Part shown: piece by piece, positions 31,017 to 43,683 of the stretch
Layout of the letters: each line of letters begins with the position of its first letter
How positions within the stretch are numbered: position 1 is the stretch's first letter
NCBI GenBank assembly: GCA_047285535.1
Contig: JBJBDC010000001.1
Span: 1,984,136-2,048,135 of the forward strand
Origin: Synechococcus sp.
GTDB taxonomy: Bacteria; Cyanobacteriota; Cyanobacteriia; PCC-6307; Cyanobiaceae
Reading direction: 5' to 3'
Length of the DNA: 64,000 nucleotides
The notes under the pieces: generated by a model
Database searches by the model: none
What the model saw: only the letters and a program-made list of their open reading frames with translations
Told to the model about the DNA's origin: nothing
Position numbers and translations under genes: made by a program

Positions 31017-33863
31017 TCAGCTCTCCGCTTCAAATCGAAAGGGTTCATTCGAACTCTCACCGGAGTGCACACGAATCGCCTGAGCCCCCTTGAACCGTTC
31101 TTCCAGCATTTCTGTCGCCAGCGGGTTCTCTACGTGGCGACGCAAGACCCGTCGCAAGGGTCTGGCGCCATATTCCGGCTCAAAACCAAGAGTCGCCAGG
31201 TCATGAGCCACCTCATCATCGATACGCAGCTCGAGACCCTGTTCCGCCAGGAGACGGGTCAGATCGGCGAGCTGCAAACGCACAATCCGCTCCAAATCAT
31301 GCACTCCAAGCGGACGGAAGCGAATGACTTCATCAATGCGGTTCAAGAATTCAGGCCTGAAATGATGGGCAAGCGCATCGTCAACGACGGAATCGAGCGC
31401 CTGCGCGACCTCCGCGTCATCCCCCGATTGGGCTTGCCGTGACGAATCAAGAATGGCCCGACTAGCCAAGTTGCTGGTCATGACCACCACGGTGTGGCGA
31501 AAGTCCACGGTGCGACCTTGGGAATCCGTGAGCCGACCATCGTCGAGAACTTGCAGCAGCACGTTGAACACATCGGGATGTGCTTTCTCAACTTCATCAA
31601 GTAGCAACAACGCATAGGGACGACGCCGAACAGCCTCTGTGAGCTGTCCCCCTTCCTCGTAGCCCACATAACCGGGAGGAGCCCCAAGCAAACGCGCCAC
31701 CGCATTCCGCTCCATGAACTCACTCATATCGAGACGTACGAGTGCCTCTTCCTCATCAAACAAGAGGGCACCAAGCGCTTTAGCCAGCTCCGTCTTGCCC
31801 ACTCCTGTGGGTCCTAAAAACAAAAAGGAGCCCACTGGACGACGAGGATCTTTCATGCCGGCACGGGCACGACGAATCGCAGCCGCTACAGCCTGGACAG
31901 CCTCTGGCTGGCCTATGACCCGCTCTTCGAGACGCTGCTCAAGCTCCAGCAGCTTCTGACGCTCAGCCGCCAGGAGCCGCTGTATCGGAATCCCAGTCCA
32001 GCGAGCCACAACATCGGCGATATCAGCGGCTTCCACCTGTTCTCTCAACAAGGCAGAGCCGTCCTCCTGTGCCTCATTCAGCAACTGTTCGAGATCAGCT
32101 CGGCGTTGCTGAACACGATGCAACTGGTCGAATTGAAGCCGTGCAGCCTCCTCCAAATTTCCGTCGCGTTCTGCTTCGGCGATGGCATGACGAAGGTCTT
32201 CATCTTCCTGAAGCAGCTGACGCAACTCCTCCAGCTGTTCTCGTTCGGCCTGCCAACGCTCTCGAAGCTGACTTAATCGCGACGAGGCCTCGAGACGATT
32301 GCGCTGGAGCTGGACCCTTTCACCTTCAGGGGATTGCTCAGCGGCTAGAACCGCCAACTCCACCCGGCGCAGATCAGCTTCCGCATCCTCTACCACCTGG
32401 GGCTTGGAGGTCACATCCATTTTCAACTGGGCCGCTGCCTCATCGATCAAATCAATGGCCTTATCCGGCAAACAACGATCACTGATGTAGCGATCCGCCA
32501 GACGTGCCGCCGCCATCACCGCCTCATCGGTAATGGTCACCCCGTGATGCAACTCATAACGCTCCTTCAATCCACGCAGGATGTCCACACTGAGCTCAAT
32601 CGAAGGTTCCTGAATCGACACTTTCTGAAAGCGACGGTTCAAGGCCGGATCCTTCTCAACGGTACGGCGATAGTCCTCTGGCGTTGTCGCCGCAATGCAA
32701 CGCAACTCCCCACGCGCTAAGGCTGGTTTCAGCAGGCTGGCCGCATCAGCGCTGGAACGGTCACTATTCACCACGGTGTGCAGTTCATCAATAAACAGCA
32801 CAACAGCGGCCTCTGGATCACTCACCTCATCGAGCACCGCTCGAAGACGTTCCTCAAACTGACCTCGAAACTTCGCTCCAGCAATCAAGGCACCGCCATC
32901 AAGAGCGACTAGACGCAAGCCTTGAAGTGATTCCGGCACCTCGCCAGCAACGATCCTCTGAGCCAGCAGCTCTGCCAGAGCAGTCTTGCCCACGCCAGGG
33001 GCACCAATCAACACAGGATTGTTCTTTCCGCGCCTCGACAGCACCTTGATCAGGGTGCGAATTTCCCCATCCCTGCCGATCACTGGATCGAGAAGCCCGG
33101 CGGCGGCGGCGGCGGTTAGGTCTCGACCGTAACTCTCAAGTGCAGTCGGCTCGCTCAGCGGCTCGAGGGGCAGGTCACCAGCATGGATCGCCGGCTGGGT
33201 TGATGCAGTCGGCTGCGCAACAGTGGTTGTCTGCAATGGCGGCGGCGGCGGCTGAACAGAAGGTGACTGCACAGCAGGAACAGAGGCTGCAGATTGATGG
33301 TTGGCAGAACGTGAGGAGTTGTCTTGCCTTCCCTGGGATTGGGAGCGTGGCCTGGGAGAAAGAGACGGCACCCTTTCTGACGACGCTCGATCCGGCGCAC
33401 GGGTCAGTTCCGCTTCAAGGCGGTCGGCAGGCAATCCAAATTGCGCAAATAAATCAGCCCCAATCCGAGGATCTCGCCCCATCGCAATCAGCAGATGGGA
33501 GACATCGATCAATCTGGACCCCCAGAGAGAGCGCACCCGATCCGCCTCCTCAAGCAGGGATTCGAGGTCTTCCCCTACGAATAAGTCCTCACCTCGAGCC
33601 ATGGGCTGCTCAGCCAGAAAGCCCTCGAGCCGATCGAGCAGCTGGTCGATCGGCAGAGGCAAGGCCTGAATGAAGCGCCGATAGCGTTGATCGCTAAAGA
33701 GCACCTGAAGCAGATGCTCCACGTCAAGATCTGCATGACGCCAGCGACGGGCCACATCCTGCCCCGAAAGCACAAGCTCCCAAGCATCGTCACTGAAGCG
33801 ATCTGGCTCTGAAGTAAGACTGACTGGAAGCTCAGGACCGGGGCGAGAGGTGGAAGTCGTCAT
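31017..33863 (-). CDS. clpB: ClpB-family AAA+ chaperone
   Basis: Clp N domain, GAPGVGKT and GPTGVGKT, coiled-coil M domain, [18 protein letters not shown]. Confidence 0.93.
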   Translation of the reverse strand: MTTSTSRPGPELPVSLTSEPDRFSDDAWELVLSGQDVARRWRHADLDVEHLLQVLFSDQRYRRFIQALPLPIDQLLDRLEGFLAEQPMARGEDLFVGEDLESLLEEADRVRSLWGSRLIDVSHLLIAMGRDPRIGADLFAQFGLPADRLEAELTRAPDRASSERVPSLSPRPRSQSQGRQDNSSRSANHQSAASVPAVQSPSVQPPPPPLQTTTVAQPTASTQPAIHAGDLPLEPLSEPTALESYGRDLTAAAAAGLLDPVIGRDGEIRTLIKVLSRRGKNNPVLIGAPGVGKTALAELLAQRIVAGEVPESLQGLRLVALDGGALIAGAKFRGQFEERLRAVLDEVSDPEAAVVLFIDELHTVVNSDRSSADAASLLKPALARGELRCIAATTPEDYRRTVEKDPALNRRFQKVSIQEPSIELSVDILRGLKERYELHHGVTITDEAVMAAARLADRYISDRCLPDKAIDLIDEAAAQLKMDVTSKPQVVEDAEADLRRVELAVLAAEQSPEGERVQLQRNRLEASSRLSQLRERWQAEREQLEELRQLLQEDEDLRHAIAEAERDGNLEEAARLQFDQLHRVQQRRADLEQLLNEAQEDGSALLREQVEAADIADVVARWTGIPIQRLLAAERQKLLELEQRLEERVIGQPEAVQAVAAAIRRARAGMKDPRRPVGSFLFLGPTGVGKTELAKALGALLFDEEEALVRLDMSEFMERNAVARLLGAPPGYVGYEEGGQLTEAVRRRPYALLLLDEVEKAHPDVFNVLLQVLDDGRLTDSQGRTVDFRHTVVVMTSNLASRAILDSSRQAQSGDDAEVAQALDSVVDDALAHHFRPEFLNRIDEVIRFRPLGVHDLERIVRLQLADLTRLLAEQGLELRIDDEVAHDLATLGFEPEYGARPLRRVLRRHVENPLATEMLEERFKGAQAIRVHSGESSNEPFRFEAES

Positions 33864-34279
33864 TGTGTGGAAGCTTGTTGAACCGTGTCTGAGCTGAAAG
33901 AGCGCTGAATCAGTTCCACCTTGTAGCCATCTGGATCTTCGACGAAAGCAATCACGGTGTTGCCGTGTTTCATCGGACCAGGCTCACGAACAACCCGCCC
34001 ACCTTTGGCTGCAATCGCAGCACACGCCGCATGGATGTCGTCAAGACCAAGAGCGATGTGGCCATAGCCATCACCGAGAGTGTATTGGTGTGTATCCCAG
34101 TTGTGAGTTAATTCAAGAACCGTGTTCTCACGTTCATCTCCAAATCCCACAAAGGCAAGCGTGAAGCGACCGGATGGATAGTCCTTTCGTCGCAACAACT
34201 GCATTCCCAAGACCTCAGTGTAGAAGCGAATTGATCGCTCCAAATCACCCACTCTGAGCATGGTGTGAAGCATGCGCAT
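33860..34279 (-). CDS. gloA: Lactoylglutathione lyase (glyoxalase I)
   Basis: [32 protein letters not shown]. Confidence 0.95.
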   Translation of the reverse strand: MRMLHTMLRVGDLERSIRFYTEVLGMQLLRRKDYPSGRFTLAFVGFGDERENTVLELTHNWDTHQYTLGDGYGHIALGLDDIHAACAAIAAKGGRVVREPGPMKHGNTVIAFVEDPDGYKVELIQRSFSSDTVQQASTQ

Positions 34280-34350
34280 GTTGCTGGTTCCGGCCGTTCT
34301 TTCAACATGGTGCCAAAACCGATGGAGTCGCGGCAGGGGGCGTTCCATAG

Positions 34351-35670
<1,320 letters not shown>

Positions 35671-35689
35671 ACTCAAAATTTGATTCATC

Positions 35690-36349
35690 ATGAGATCAAG
35701 ATTCCAAGGAATGGCGATCATGCAACCACTGCTGTGGCTGATCCCCTTGGCCCTGCCCTCAACCGCTTGGGCCTCCACCGTGGTGTCTGAAGAGGTCCAT
35801 GAAAAATGCCTCAAGGCAGCTGATTACCTAGGGTGTGTAGAAGCCCAAACAGATGGAATCTCTCCACTAACAAAACCAAATAACGTTGATCAATTCGGAC
35901 TGCCAACACCAGCAGGAGCCATAGCTCACACCCGAAGAGATGGAACAATCAGCTATTTCTTCCCTGATTCTGTAGTTGCAATCAAGAACAAAAATAAATA
36001 CGGTCGCTACCTGTCATGGAGATACATTTATCACTACAACGACCCCGGGACACCTGGCTTCTGGAAACCTGGAACGCAAATTTGTACAGGCTCGGGAACC
36101 CTGAGACGATGTTTCCAAACACCATCTGTGTTTGTCAGAGGGCGTCCAGCGGGGCCACGCAGCACAAGCTGGAGAGTTGATGGAGACTGCGTGGATTACA
36201 CAGCCAAATGGGAGAAAGATGGAAGGCCTTGGAAATCATTAAATGGAGGCCGCAGTTTCGAATCTGAAAAGCTGGAAGAAGCCAGAGAAATCCTGCAAAG
36301 CCATTGTCCAAAAATTGATCAGCTAGCTAAATCACCACGGGCAATCTAA
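35690..36349 (+). CDS. Hypothetical exported protein
   Basis: 219-aa ORF, signal peptide, CLKAADYLGCV motif, six Cys. Confidence 0.65.
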   Translation: MRSRFQGMAIMQPLLWLIPLALPSTAWASTVVSEEVHEKCLKAADYLGCVEAQTDGISPLTKPNNVDQFGLPTPAGAIAHTRRDGTISYFFPDSVVAIKNKNKYGRYLSWRYIYHYNDPGTPGFWKPGTQICTGSGTLRRCFQTPSVFVRGRPAGPRSTSWRVDGDCVDYTAKWEKDGRPWKSLNGGRSFESEKLEEAREILQSHCPKIDQLAKSPRAI

Positions 36350-36407
36350 TTTTTATCGCAGAACACCTGACCTGTAGCAATCAGGAATAGTCCCTAAAAA
36401 AGAAACG

Positions 36408-38093
36408 TCACTGACGATCTGTTCCCGACAAATTCTCAAGACGTCCATCCCGACGAAGTTTCCCTTGAAGCTTCAGCCAACCCATCCCTACGGGAACAGC
36501 AGCTCCTAGCGGAAGCAAGGCCCAAAGGGGCCTGGAGCTGGCACCCATCAAGGCTGCTGCAACTGCAAGCCCACCTAGCAACACCGACTGTCCGACTGAA
36601 TGCTGAGCCGTCACCATTCTGCGGAACTGCCGATCTGATTCACCCATACGGATCTGCAGTTGCAGATCGCCTTGCTCCAGTCGCTCCAGGCTTTCATCCA
36701 GCCTGCGAGGAATGCCCACGGCTCTTGAACTCAGGGCACCAACCTGACGACCCAATTCATTGAAAAGATCATTCGAGCCAGATCCACTGGAAGTCATGAG
36801 CGGTAGCAGATAGGGCTTTGCAATCGCCACAAGGCTAAAGCCAGGATCAAGGCTTTTGCCGACCCCTTCAAAAGTGGACAGCGCACGCATCACGAAGATC
36901 AGCTCAACTGGCAAGCGAAATGGCTGTCCATACACCAGCTCGTACAGATCAGCCGATAATTTGTCGATCACTGAGCTGCTGAACGGCGGAGTGAGCGCTT
37001 CGTTCAGCATCAAACGGACCAAGCGGCGCACCGGCCCAACATCAACCTCAGTAGCGATGACTCCAGCGGCTTGCATCTCTTCAACCAGAGCCGAAGCATC
37101 ACGCGCTGCAGCAGCTCTCACCATCCCTCCCAGCCGCCTGCGTAGACGCTCCGACAGCTGACCCATCATCCCGAAATCGTAATAAATGAGAGAACCATCA
37201 AGAGCAACCGCCAAATTTCCTGGGTGAGGATCCGCATGAAAAAAGCCAAAGCGCACAAGTTGCTGCAGATAGCTGGCAGAACCGATTTCTGCCACGGACG
37301 TTGGATCAATCCCTGCCTCTTCCAAAGCCGCGCGATCATTGATCTTGATCCCTGGCAAGTAGTCGAGACAGAGCACACGCCTAGTGCTCAGCTCCCAGAT
37401 CACACCAGGGACACGAATATTTGGATCATCCAAAAACTGCTGACGGAACCGGGCAGCGTGCTGAGCCTCAAGGCGAAAATCAAGCTCCCTCAGCAACACT
37501 CTTCTGCACTCCTGCGCCATGGCAACCCAGTCGCGCCCCCGCCCCCATTGAGGATGACGCTGAAGCACAGATGCCACCTGCTGCATCACTTCTAGATCCA
37601 GCCGGAACAGACTCTCCAACCCAGGACGCTGAATCTTCAACACCACTTGGCGTCCACTGCGAAGGCTCGCCCGATGCACCTGGGCCAGCGATGCGGCCGC
37701 CATGGGCTTCTCATCCAAATCAATAATCTCAGCGCAACGCGCTCCAAGTTCCTCTTCGAGGGCTAACTGAGCGCGATCAAATGAAAACGAAGGAACACGA
37801 TCCTGCAGTTCTGCTAGTTCAGAGACCCAACCAATAGGCAGAACATCAGGCCGAGCTGAAAGCAATTGGCCGAGCTTGATAAACGCAGGCCCGAGCTGCA
37901 GGAGCTCCTGCGTCAACCAACGGGCACGCACCTTTTGCCTGGCTTCGCGACGCTCCGTCGTTGGGCCTCCTGGATAGCTGAAGGCTCTGGCATCCCACCA
38001 CAACAATGCAAGCAAAGTCAGAACAGCACGCCAAATGCGAAGGCCCCGAAATGCTTTACGCACAAGGCCAATCATTCGCCTCAACAGCCTCAC
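36408..38093 (-). CDS. AarF/ABC1/UbiB-family atypical kinase
   Basis: LGPAFIKLGQLLS, AASLAQVH, FFHADPHPGN, YDFGM. Confidence 0.93.
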   Translation of the reverse strand: MRLLRRMIGLVRKAFRGLRIWRAVLTLLALLWWDARAFSYPGGPTTERREARQKVRARWLTQELLQLGPAFIKLGQLLSARPDVLPIGWVSELAELQDRVPSFSFDRAQLALEEELGARCAEIIDLDEKPMAAASLAQVHRASLRSGRQVVLKIQRPGLESLFRLDLEVMQQVASVLQRHPQWGRGRDWVAMAQECRRVLLRELDFRLEAQHAARFRQQFLDDPNIRVPGVIWELSTRRVLCLDYLPGIKINDRAALEEAGIDPTSVAEIGSASYLQQLVRFGFFHADPHPGNLAVALDGSLIYYDFGMMGQLSERLRRRLGGMVRAAAARDASALVEEMQAAGVIATEVDVGPVRRLVRLMLNEALTPPFSSSVIDKLSADLYELVYGQPFRLPVELIFVMRALSTFEGVGKSLDPGFSLVAIAKPYLLPLMTSSGSGSNDLFNELGRQVGALSSRAVGIPRRLDESLERLEQGDLQLQIRMGESDRQFRRMVTAQHSVGQSVLLGGLAVAAALMGASSRPLWALLPLGAAVPVGMGWLKLQGKLRRDGRLENLSGTDRQ

Positions 38094-38407
38094 GACCGCT
38101 CCTCCAAGCGCATGCCAAGGTCTGCAACCCTGGCTCGCAACTGATCAATTTTGGTCTGCAGGCTCTCATCATCGAAGGATGACTGGGGTGCAGCCTCTTC
38201 GTCATCACCACGTGTATCTCCTCCTCGCTCAAGCCTCTCTGCCTCAGCCTTCACTTCCTCCTGAAACAGATCCCATTCCTGGCGGACACGTTCAGGAGCA
38301 TCCTGGATTAACACGGCTATTCCGGCCGCGGCATCAGCCACGCCGTGACCCATCCGAGCAAGCACACGATGCATCGCCGCTCTAAGCAGAGCATCTCGGG
38401 AGGTCAT
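38090..38407 (-). CDS. Conserved cyanobacterial hypothetical coiled-coil protein
   Basis: QEWDLFQEEV...IDQLRARVA; translationally coupled to the kinase. Confidence 0.7.
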   Translation of the reverse strand: MTSRDALLRAAMHRVLARMGHGVADAAAGIAVLIQDAPERVRQEWDLFQEEVKAEAERLERGGDTRGDDEEAAPQSSFDDESLQTKIDQLRARVADLGMRLEERS

Positions 38408-38466
38408 GGCCAAACGTCTCAACCTTGGAACTGTGGCAGATTTAGCGCTCGATCAGCGACGTTCGA

Positions 38467-39162
38467 TCAGGGAGCGGGAGGCTCTTCAATCGGAGTGGTG
38501 AAGAACTCGGTCTGATCCAGCATGGGCTCAACGACTACAGGATCAATCAAGACGGGTTCAACGATCCCTGGTGCAGGATCCTGAGCCGCCGCCGTGGGCT
38601 GGGACTCCGGATCCTGGAAGGGAAATGGTGACGGTTCACTCAGGGTTGGCTGTGAATCAGGCAATTCAGAGGGGGCTGAGGGCTCGATCACCGGCGTTTC
38701 GTTCAGTGCTGGGATGTCTTCCGCGCGAGGAGGCGTACTCACCGCCGCCTGCTGACTGCGCTGACGCTCGATGGCCGCAGCAGCGATGCGCTCCGCCTGT
38801 TCCTTGGCTTTGCGTTGCTCAAGCTCTTTCGCAAGCTTGGCCTCTTTCACCTCATTGGCCTGTTTCAACTCTTTCGCATCTTTCAGTTCTTTCGCTGCCA
38901 CATCAGCCGCCAGAGCATGGGTCTCTCCATGCCGAAGCCGTAAAGCCTCAAGGCTGTCGCCTGGAAATGAACGGAAGGCAAAGACCTGACTCTCAGGTTG
39001 TTGCCAACCCGCTCGAATCAGAACAATGCGCTGGGTAATGCCGTAACCGAGCGCGAAGCCAGCACCAGCAACCAAGGGGCCAACCCAAAAGCGAGGACGA
39101 ACTCGCCGCTTTGAATTCAACGAAGAAGGGTTGGTCTCAGCGGGCACAGTCATGGCCTCCAT
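38467..39162 (-). CDS. Hypothetical membrane-anchored protein with Pro-rich C-terminus
   Basis: FWVGPLVAGAGFALGYGITQR TM segment, coiled coil, Pro/Glu tail. Confidence 0.7.
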   Translation of the reverse strand: MEAMTVPAETNPSSLNSKRRVRPRFWVGPLVAGAGFALGYGITQRIVLIRAGWQQPESQVFAFRSFPGDSLEALRLRHGETHALAADVAAKELKDAKELKQANEVKEAKLAKELEQRKAKEQAERIAAAAIERQRSQQAAVSTPPRAEDIPALNETPVIEPSAPSELPDSQPTLSEPSPFPFQDPESQPTAAAQDPAPGIVEPVLIDPVVVEPMLDQTEFFTTPIEEPPAP

Positions 39163-39194
39163 GGCTTCACCATCCTGGCAGCGATGTCCAGACC

Positions 39195-40448
39195 TCAAGT
39201 TGTGTAATCAGCGTTAATACGTACGTATTGATCTGAAAGGTCGCACCCCCAAGCGACGCCATGGCCTGGACCATCGCCAAGACAAAGACGAATGTGAACG
39301 GTGTCATCAACCAGATAACGACCGCAAGCACATTCGCTGAGGTACGCAGACACTGCAGCGCGATCAAATGGCACCGGCTCACCCAATGCCATCAACTGAT
39401 GAGGTCCAATCCAAAGAGCCACAGCATCCGAGGCAAAAGCCACCCCTGCTCGACCTGCAGCCGCCACAATTCTGCCCCAATTGGGATCGCGCCCATGCAC
39501 GGCTGTTTTCACCAGTGACGAACCAATAATTGTGCGAGCGATCTTGAGCGCCTCCATTTCTGAGCCTGTTCCCTCCACCTCCACCTCAATCAGGCAAGTG
39601 GCTCCCTCTCCATCCCTGGCGATAGCTCGGGCCAGGTGCTGTGCAACAAGGGTGACCCCTTGCTCGAGGAGCTCAAACTGATCGAGCGGCAAAGCCTTCC
39701 CCGCAGCGAAGGCCAGGAAGGTGTCATTCGTGCTGGTGTCGCCATCCACGGAGATGACATTGAAGGAACGCTGAACCACACGCTGGACCATGTCCTGCCA
39801 GGCCTCTGCTGGCATCCCTACATCACAGGTCAGGTAACCGAGCATGGTGGCCATATCGGGATGAATCATTCCCGACCCTTTGGCCATTCCGCCGATCCGC
39901 ACCCGGCGGCCTCCAAGGTGGGCCTCGAGAGCAATCTGCTTGTTGACGAGATCCGTGGTGAGGATGGCCTCTGCGGCCGCTCCGCCTCCCTGATCCGACA
40001 GTGAAGACACCAGAGGATCCACCGCTTCCAAGAGTTTGTCGATAACAATCGGCACTCCGATCACCCCGGTGGAACAGATCAATACCTGCTGCGCTGACAC
40101 GCCCAGGCGACTGGCCACAGCCTGCGTTACTTGAAGACTGTCGATCAGGCCCCGATCACCCGTGCAGGCATTGGCCTGGCCGGAATTCGTCACCACAGCC
40201 CGTGCATGGCCAGCACCAAGCTTCAACCGCTCGGCACAGAGATCAACACAGGCAGCTCGTACCACTGAAGTGGTGAAGGTCCCGGCACAGACCGAGCCCT
40301 CCGGCGCCAGCAGTAACGAAAGATCGGGCTTCCCGGAGGTCTTAAGCCCGACAGTGAGACCAGAGGCCTTAAATCCATCTGGTGCCGTGATTCCTCCCTG
40401 CACGGGAAGCCAGCTGGGGAAAGAGGATCCGCTGTTGGCCGCAATCAC
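39195..40448 (-). CDS. argJ: Bifunctional glutamate N-acetyltransferase ArgJ
   Basis: NSGQANACTG, KGSGMIHPDMATML, DGDTSTND, DGEGA, YVRINADYTT; start uncertain. Confidence 0.96.
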   Translation of the reverse strand: MIAANSGSSFPSWLPVQGGITAPDGFKASGLTVGLKTSGKPDLSLLLAPEGSVCAGTFTTSVVRAACVDLCAERLKLGAGHARAVVTNSGQANACTGDRGLIDSLQVTQAVASRLGVSAQQVLICSTGVIGVPIVIDKLLEAVDPLVSSLSDQGGGAAAEAILTTDLVNKQIALEAHLGGRRVRIGGMAKGSGMIHPDMATMLGYLTCDVGMPAEAWQDMVQRVVQRSFNVISVDGDTSTNDTFLAFAAGKALPLDQFELLEQGVTLVAQHLARAIARDGEGATCLIEVEVEGTGSEMEALKIARTIIGSSLVKTAVHGRDPNWGRIVAAAGRAGVAFASDAVALWIGPHQLMALGEPVPFDRAAVSAYLSECACGRYLVDDTVHIRLCLGDGPGHGVAWGCDLSDQYVRINADYTT

Positions 40449-40488
40449 GGGCGCACGGGAGACACTGGAACCATCCTGACGCCGTGCC

Positions 40489-41100
40489 ATGCCCCGCCAA
40501 CGCCGGATCGGCCTCACTGGCGGCATCGCCAGTGGCAAAAGCAGCGTGGGCGATTGGCTGGAGAAGAGGGGCCTTCCTGTGCTCGATGCCGATCAATTCG
40601 CCCGAGAAGCTCTAGCCCCAGGAAGTGAAGGCGCTCAGAGAGTTCTCAACCGTTACGGCGACAAGGTCCGGCTCCATGCATCCAAACCAGAAGACGCTTG
40701 CATCGACCGCGCTGTCCTGGGTCGGATCGTGTTCAGCGATGAGAGTGAGCGGCGATGGCTGGAACAGCTGGTGCACCCAATGGTCAGGAGAAGGTTCGAG
40801 CAGGAGCTGGCCTCCCTAGCTGAGGCACCGGTGGTAGTGCTGATGATCCCGCTGCTCTTTGAAGCGGGCCTGGAGGCGATTTGCAACGAGGTTTGGGTGG
40901 TGCACTGCTCATTGGCTCAACAGAAACGACGGCTCATGACCAGGAACCATCTAGGAGCCAAAGAAGCCGAGCAGCGGATTCATGCTCAATGGTGTCTCAA
41001 ACAAAAATGCCAACGTGCAGACCAGGTCATCAATAACACGGGCACTCCTGGCGCCTGGCAGCAACAGGTTGCATCACTGATTGACATCAGAAACCTCTAA
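40489..41100 (+). CDS. coaE: Dephospho-CoA kinase
   Basis: IGLTGGIASGKS, LDAD, HP.V, IPLLFE. Confidence 0.96.
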   Translation: MPRQRRIGLTGGIASGKSSVGDWLEKRGLPVLDADQFAREALAPGSEGAQRVLNRYGDKVRLHASKPEDACIDRAVLGRIVFSDESERRWLEQLVHPMVRRRFEQELASLAEAPVVVLMIPLLFEAGLEAICNEVWVVHCSLAQQKRRLMTRNHLGAKEAEQRIHAQWCLKQKCQRADQVINNTGTPGAWQQQVASLIDIRNL

Positions 41101-41232
41101 TCAACCACCAATTTCGACATCTCTGAACACACGCAATTATAGGCCTTTCGTCAATCAAGACGTCGGGAATTATCAATACTTGAACCAAATCCACCAGGAA
41201 ACGCTCGCATGGACAACCAATGATCAAAAGAC

Positions 41233-41262
41233 AAAATAAAAGCTGGCCGATATGGCCAGCTT
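41233..41262 (-). terminator. Intrinsic terminator of the tandem-repeat gene
   Basis: AAGCTGGCC-gatat-GGCCAGCTT with A-rich left flank (U tract on minus strand). Confidence 0.65.
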
Positions 41263-41284
41263 CAGCGAAATTCAATGATCGCTC

Positions 41285-42127
41285 TCACTTAGCCCAAACG
41301 CCATTAAACCGTACACCTTTTGAAGAATTAAACCCTTCAACATATGCCGGCTGAAGATTGTTAGCAATAATGCCATCAAAAACTTGCTGATACTGACCGC
41401 TTGGGACACCATGCCTGGCCTGCCAGCTTGAATTGACCCCAGGCCTTTTAGTGAAAATAGCAACATAGCGATCTTGCCCACCTTTACGATAACCACTCAC
41501 GACCTTCACTCGATAGCCCTTCTTTGAAGCCTTGTTGAATAGCTGTTGATACTTCACAGAAGTCATATCATGCCTCGTAAAAGATCCTGATACACCTTTC
41601 TGGAAAATCGCAGCAAAACGTGGCAAGCTTCCTACAGTGAAAGCACTTACATGCACAGGCCTAAATCCTTGCTTAGCATAAACTTTTTTTTGATTCAGAT
41701 ATTGAGACTCTGTTAATCCATGGCGAGCAATATAGGCAGGCCCCGAGGACTTTTCCCAAATTGCAGCGTAATATGGCTGATTTCCGACTGAATAACCATT
41801 CACGTAGGTGAGACGATAGCCCTTTTGAGTTAGATCATTGAATACGGATTGATACTGGTTAGGCGTTAACCCATGACGAGCCTGGAAGGGTTTGCAATTA
41901 TCTTTACTCCAAACACCTGTATAACGAGCCCTATTCCCTTGCTGGTAGCCAGAAACCGACTTCAGGCAGTATCCACTATTCACAAAGTCATCAAAAGACT
42001 GTTGATACTGCACACTTGACAAGCCATGCCTTGCAACCCATTGGCCCGCAGAAGATGGCAGAGCCGAAGAACAGAGAAGGCCCGTGGCAATGAAGAAACC
42101 CAGTGCGGTAGTTTTTTGAACAGTCAT
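41285..42127 (-). CDS. Secreted protein of five ~50-aa bacterial tandem repeats (BTRD1 / polyglycine-hydrolase-like repeat)
   Basis: Signal peptide then 5 x (W/F/Y)xARHG(L/M)xxxxYQxxF...GY.....GY......Y..(I/V)W. Confidence 0.78.
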   Translation of the reverse strand: MTVQKTTALGFFIATGLLCSSALPSSAGQWVARHGLSSVQYQQSFDDFVNSGYCLKSVSGYQQGNRARYTGVWSKDNCKPFQARHGLTPNQYQSVFNDLTQKGYRLTYVNGYSVGNQPYYAAIWEKSSGPAYIARHGLTESQYLNQKKVYAKQGFRPVHVSAFTVGSLPRFAAIFQKGVSGSFTRHDMTSVKYQQLFNKASKKGYRVKVVSGYRKGGQDRYVAIFTKRPGVNSSWQARHGVPSGQYQQVFDGIIANNLQPAYVEGFNSSKGVRFNGVWAK

Positions 42128-42275
42128 CTTGCTACCCCTAGATGAGCAATCGTTCAGATTCAAAGATGTAGAAGTCATCGTTTTTTGATGTGAAGAGCAC
42201 GTCAGAAAAAGATTCCTGACATCCACACCATTGCCTTTCTAAATGAAGGTCCTGGTGATTGAACTCAATGCGATC

Positions 42276-42291
42276 TGTGATCTTTCACACA
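42276..42291. promoter_or_regulatory. CRP-like box, 1 mismatch (TGTGA-tctttc-ACACA)
   Basis: Intergenic, upstream of the 41285..42127 gene. Confidence 0.45.
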
Positions 42292-42805
42292 AATTGCGAT
42301 CACTAAACGCTCAACAGGCCAGAGCTTCGAACAACCTAAGTGTCGCGTCAGCCATGTCTAATGCGGAGATCTGATTGAGATTTCGCAACCGTCCGGCATG
42401 CAATTGCGCTACCACCAAAGGGCACAAGACCTTTGCAATGAAAAAGAAAAGACAGAACACCAAGACATAAGTTGCTGCCCTTAGCCAAGCTAGTTGAGCA
42501 ATAATCAATCGAATCAACCAGCCCAATGGTTTAAACCAGCTTGAAAGATTCCTTACAGGATGGTCCACCCGCCGCAAAGAGAGAGATGACGGCCATCCAA
42601 ACCAAGGCATTGATTGATTCCTCTGTTGTGACTGCGAAACCAGAACGAAACGATTGACCATGACTAATCGGAATGCCATTTGATCGCATGATCAAAAAAC
42701 AATCAAAAAGGCATCACGTTTGATCAGGCCTGACCAAGCTTCACCACCCAAGGTGAGTTCAATCCTCCTCCTGGCAAAACTGTCAAGACTCCAGGACAAG
42801 GACTG

Positions 42806-43385
42806 CAACGGCGCATCGGACTAACCGGTGGGATCTCTAGTGGCAAAAACAGCGTGGGGCGCCACCTCTACGAACGAGGAATCGCAGTACTCGACGCCGA
42901 TCTCTATGCCCATCAAGCCCTAGCCCCCGGTACCAATGGAGCAGATTCTGTGATCTAGCGCTACTCAACACGGGATCAGAACACAGCCGACGCTCATAGC
43001 GATACAACAACCAGCCCAGGCTGCATCAACCAAAAGGCTCTGGGAAGTTTCGTGTTCAATGAACAGCGCGAGCGTCTTTGGCTCGAGAGACTTATCCATC
43101 CGCAAATGCGTGCAAACTTTGAGTAAGCACTCACAAAGCACGTCAATTCAGAAACTGTTGCCTTGACGATTCGCTTCTGTTCAAAGCCGGACTCAGGGAC
43201 CTTTGCACCGCGAACTGGGTGGTCTATGCAGCCCAGCTCCAGCAACGGGACAAACTGGATGAAGCTGCCACAAGGGCTCGCATCCAGTCCCAATGGCACT
43301 GAAGCAAAAATGTCAAATCACAGACTTCTTAGTTAACAACTGAGAAGGATCTGGCTGCTGGAACAAGCAACTTAAAACGTTGGCC
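42806..43385 (+). pseudogene. coaE: Degraded second copy of coaE
   Basis: Translates QRRIGLTGGISSGKNSVG...VLDAD...ALAPG; stops at 42956 and 43124; frameshifted LLFKAGL..LC..WVV, RIQSQW, LKQKCQ...VNN. Confidence 0.88.
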
Positions 43386-43683
43386 AAAACCAAAAAAGTA
43401 ATAAGTAAAGGCTTTTTTCAAAAGAACACATGCACAGATCAGACAAGTCGATCAAGACGAACCACGTGACTCTTCACTCCACAAACAACTCACAAACCCT
43501 CAAGAACACAAACAGAAACACCAACATTCCGCATGGCCTCTCCCAAGCCAGGGACAATCTCACAACCAAGATTAATCCAAGTCACAACATGGCAACGCAC
43601 CCAAGGGAAAACTAAGTGCACTGGACAAGCCACCTTGGCAAACCAGAGCTCAACCATTGAAATCCACTCACTCTGGAAACCTC

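Noticed and set aside
33160..33400. Pro/Gln/Ser-rich stretch with GGC runs in clpB
   Set aside because: Ordinary variable linker between the N domain and first AAA domain; frame intact
42311..42679. 122-aa minus-strand ORF in the island
   Set aside because: No recognisable motif; may be decayed sequence; cannot support it as a gene
42994..43299. 101-aa minus-strand ORF
   Set aside because: Antisense to the coaE pseudogene
43549..43590. TCACA half-sites upstream of the 612-aa gene as CRP boxes
   Set aside because: Left half-sites do not match TGTGA; too weak to call
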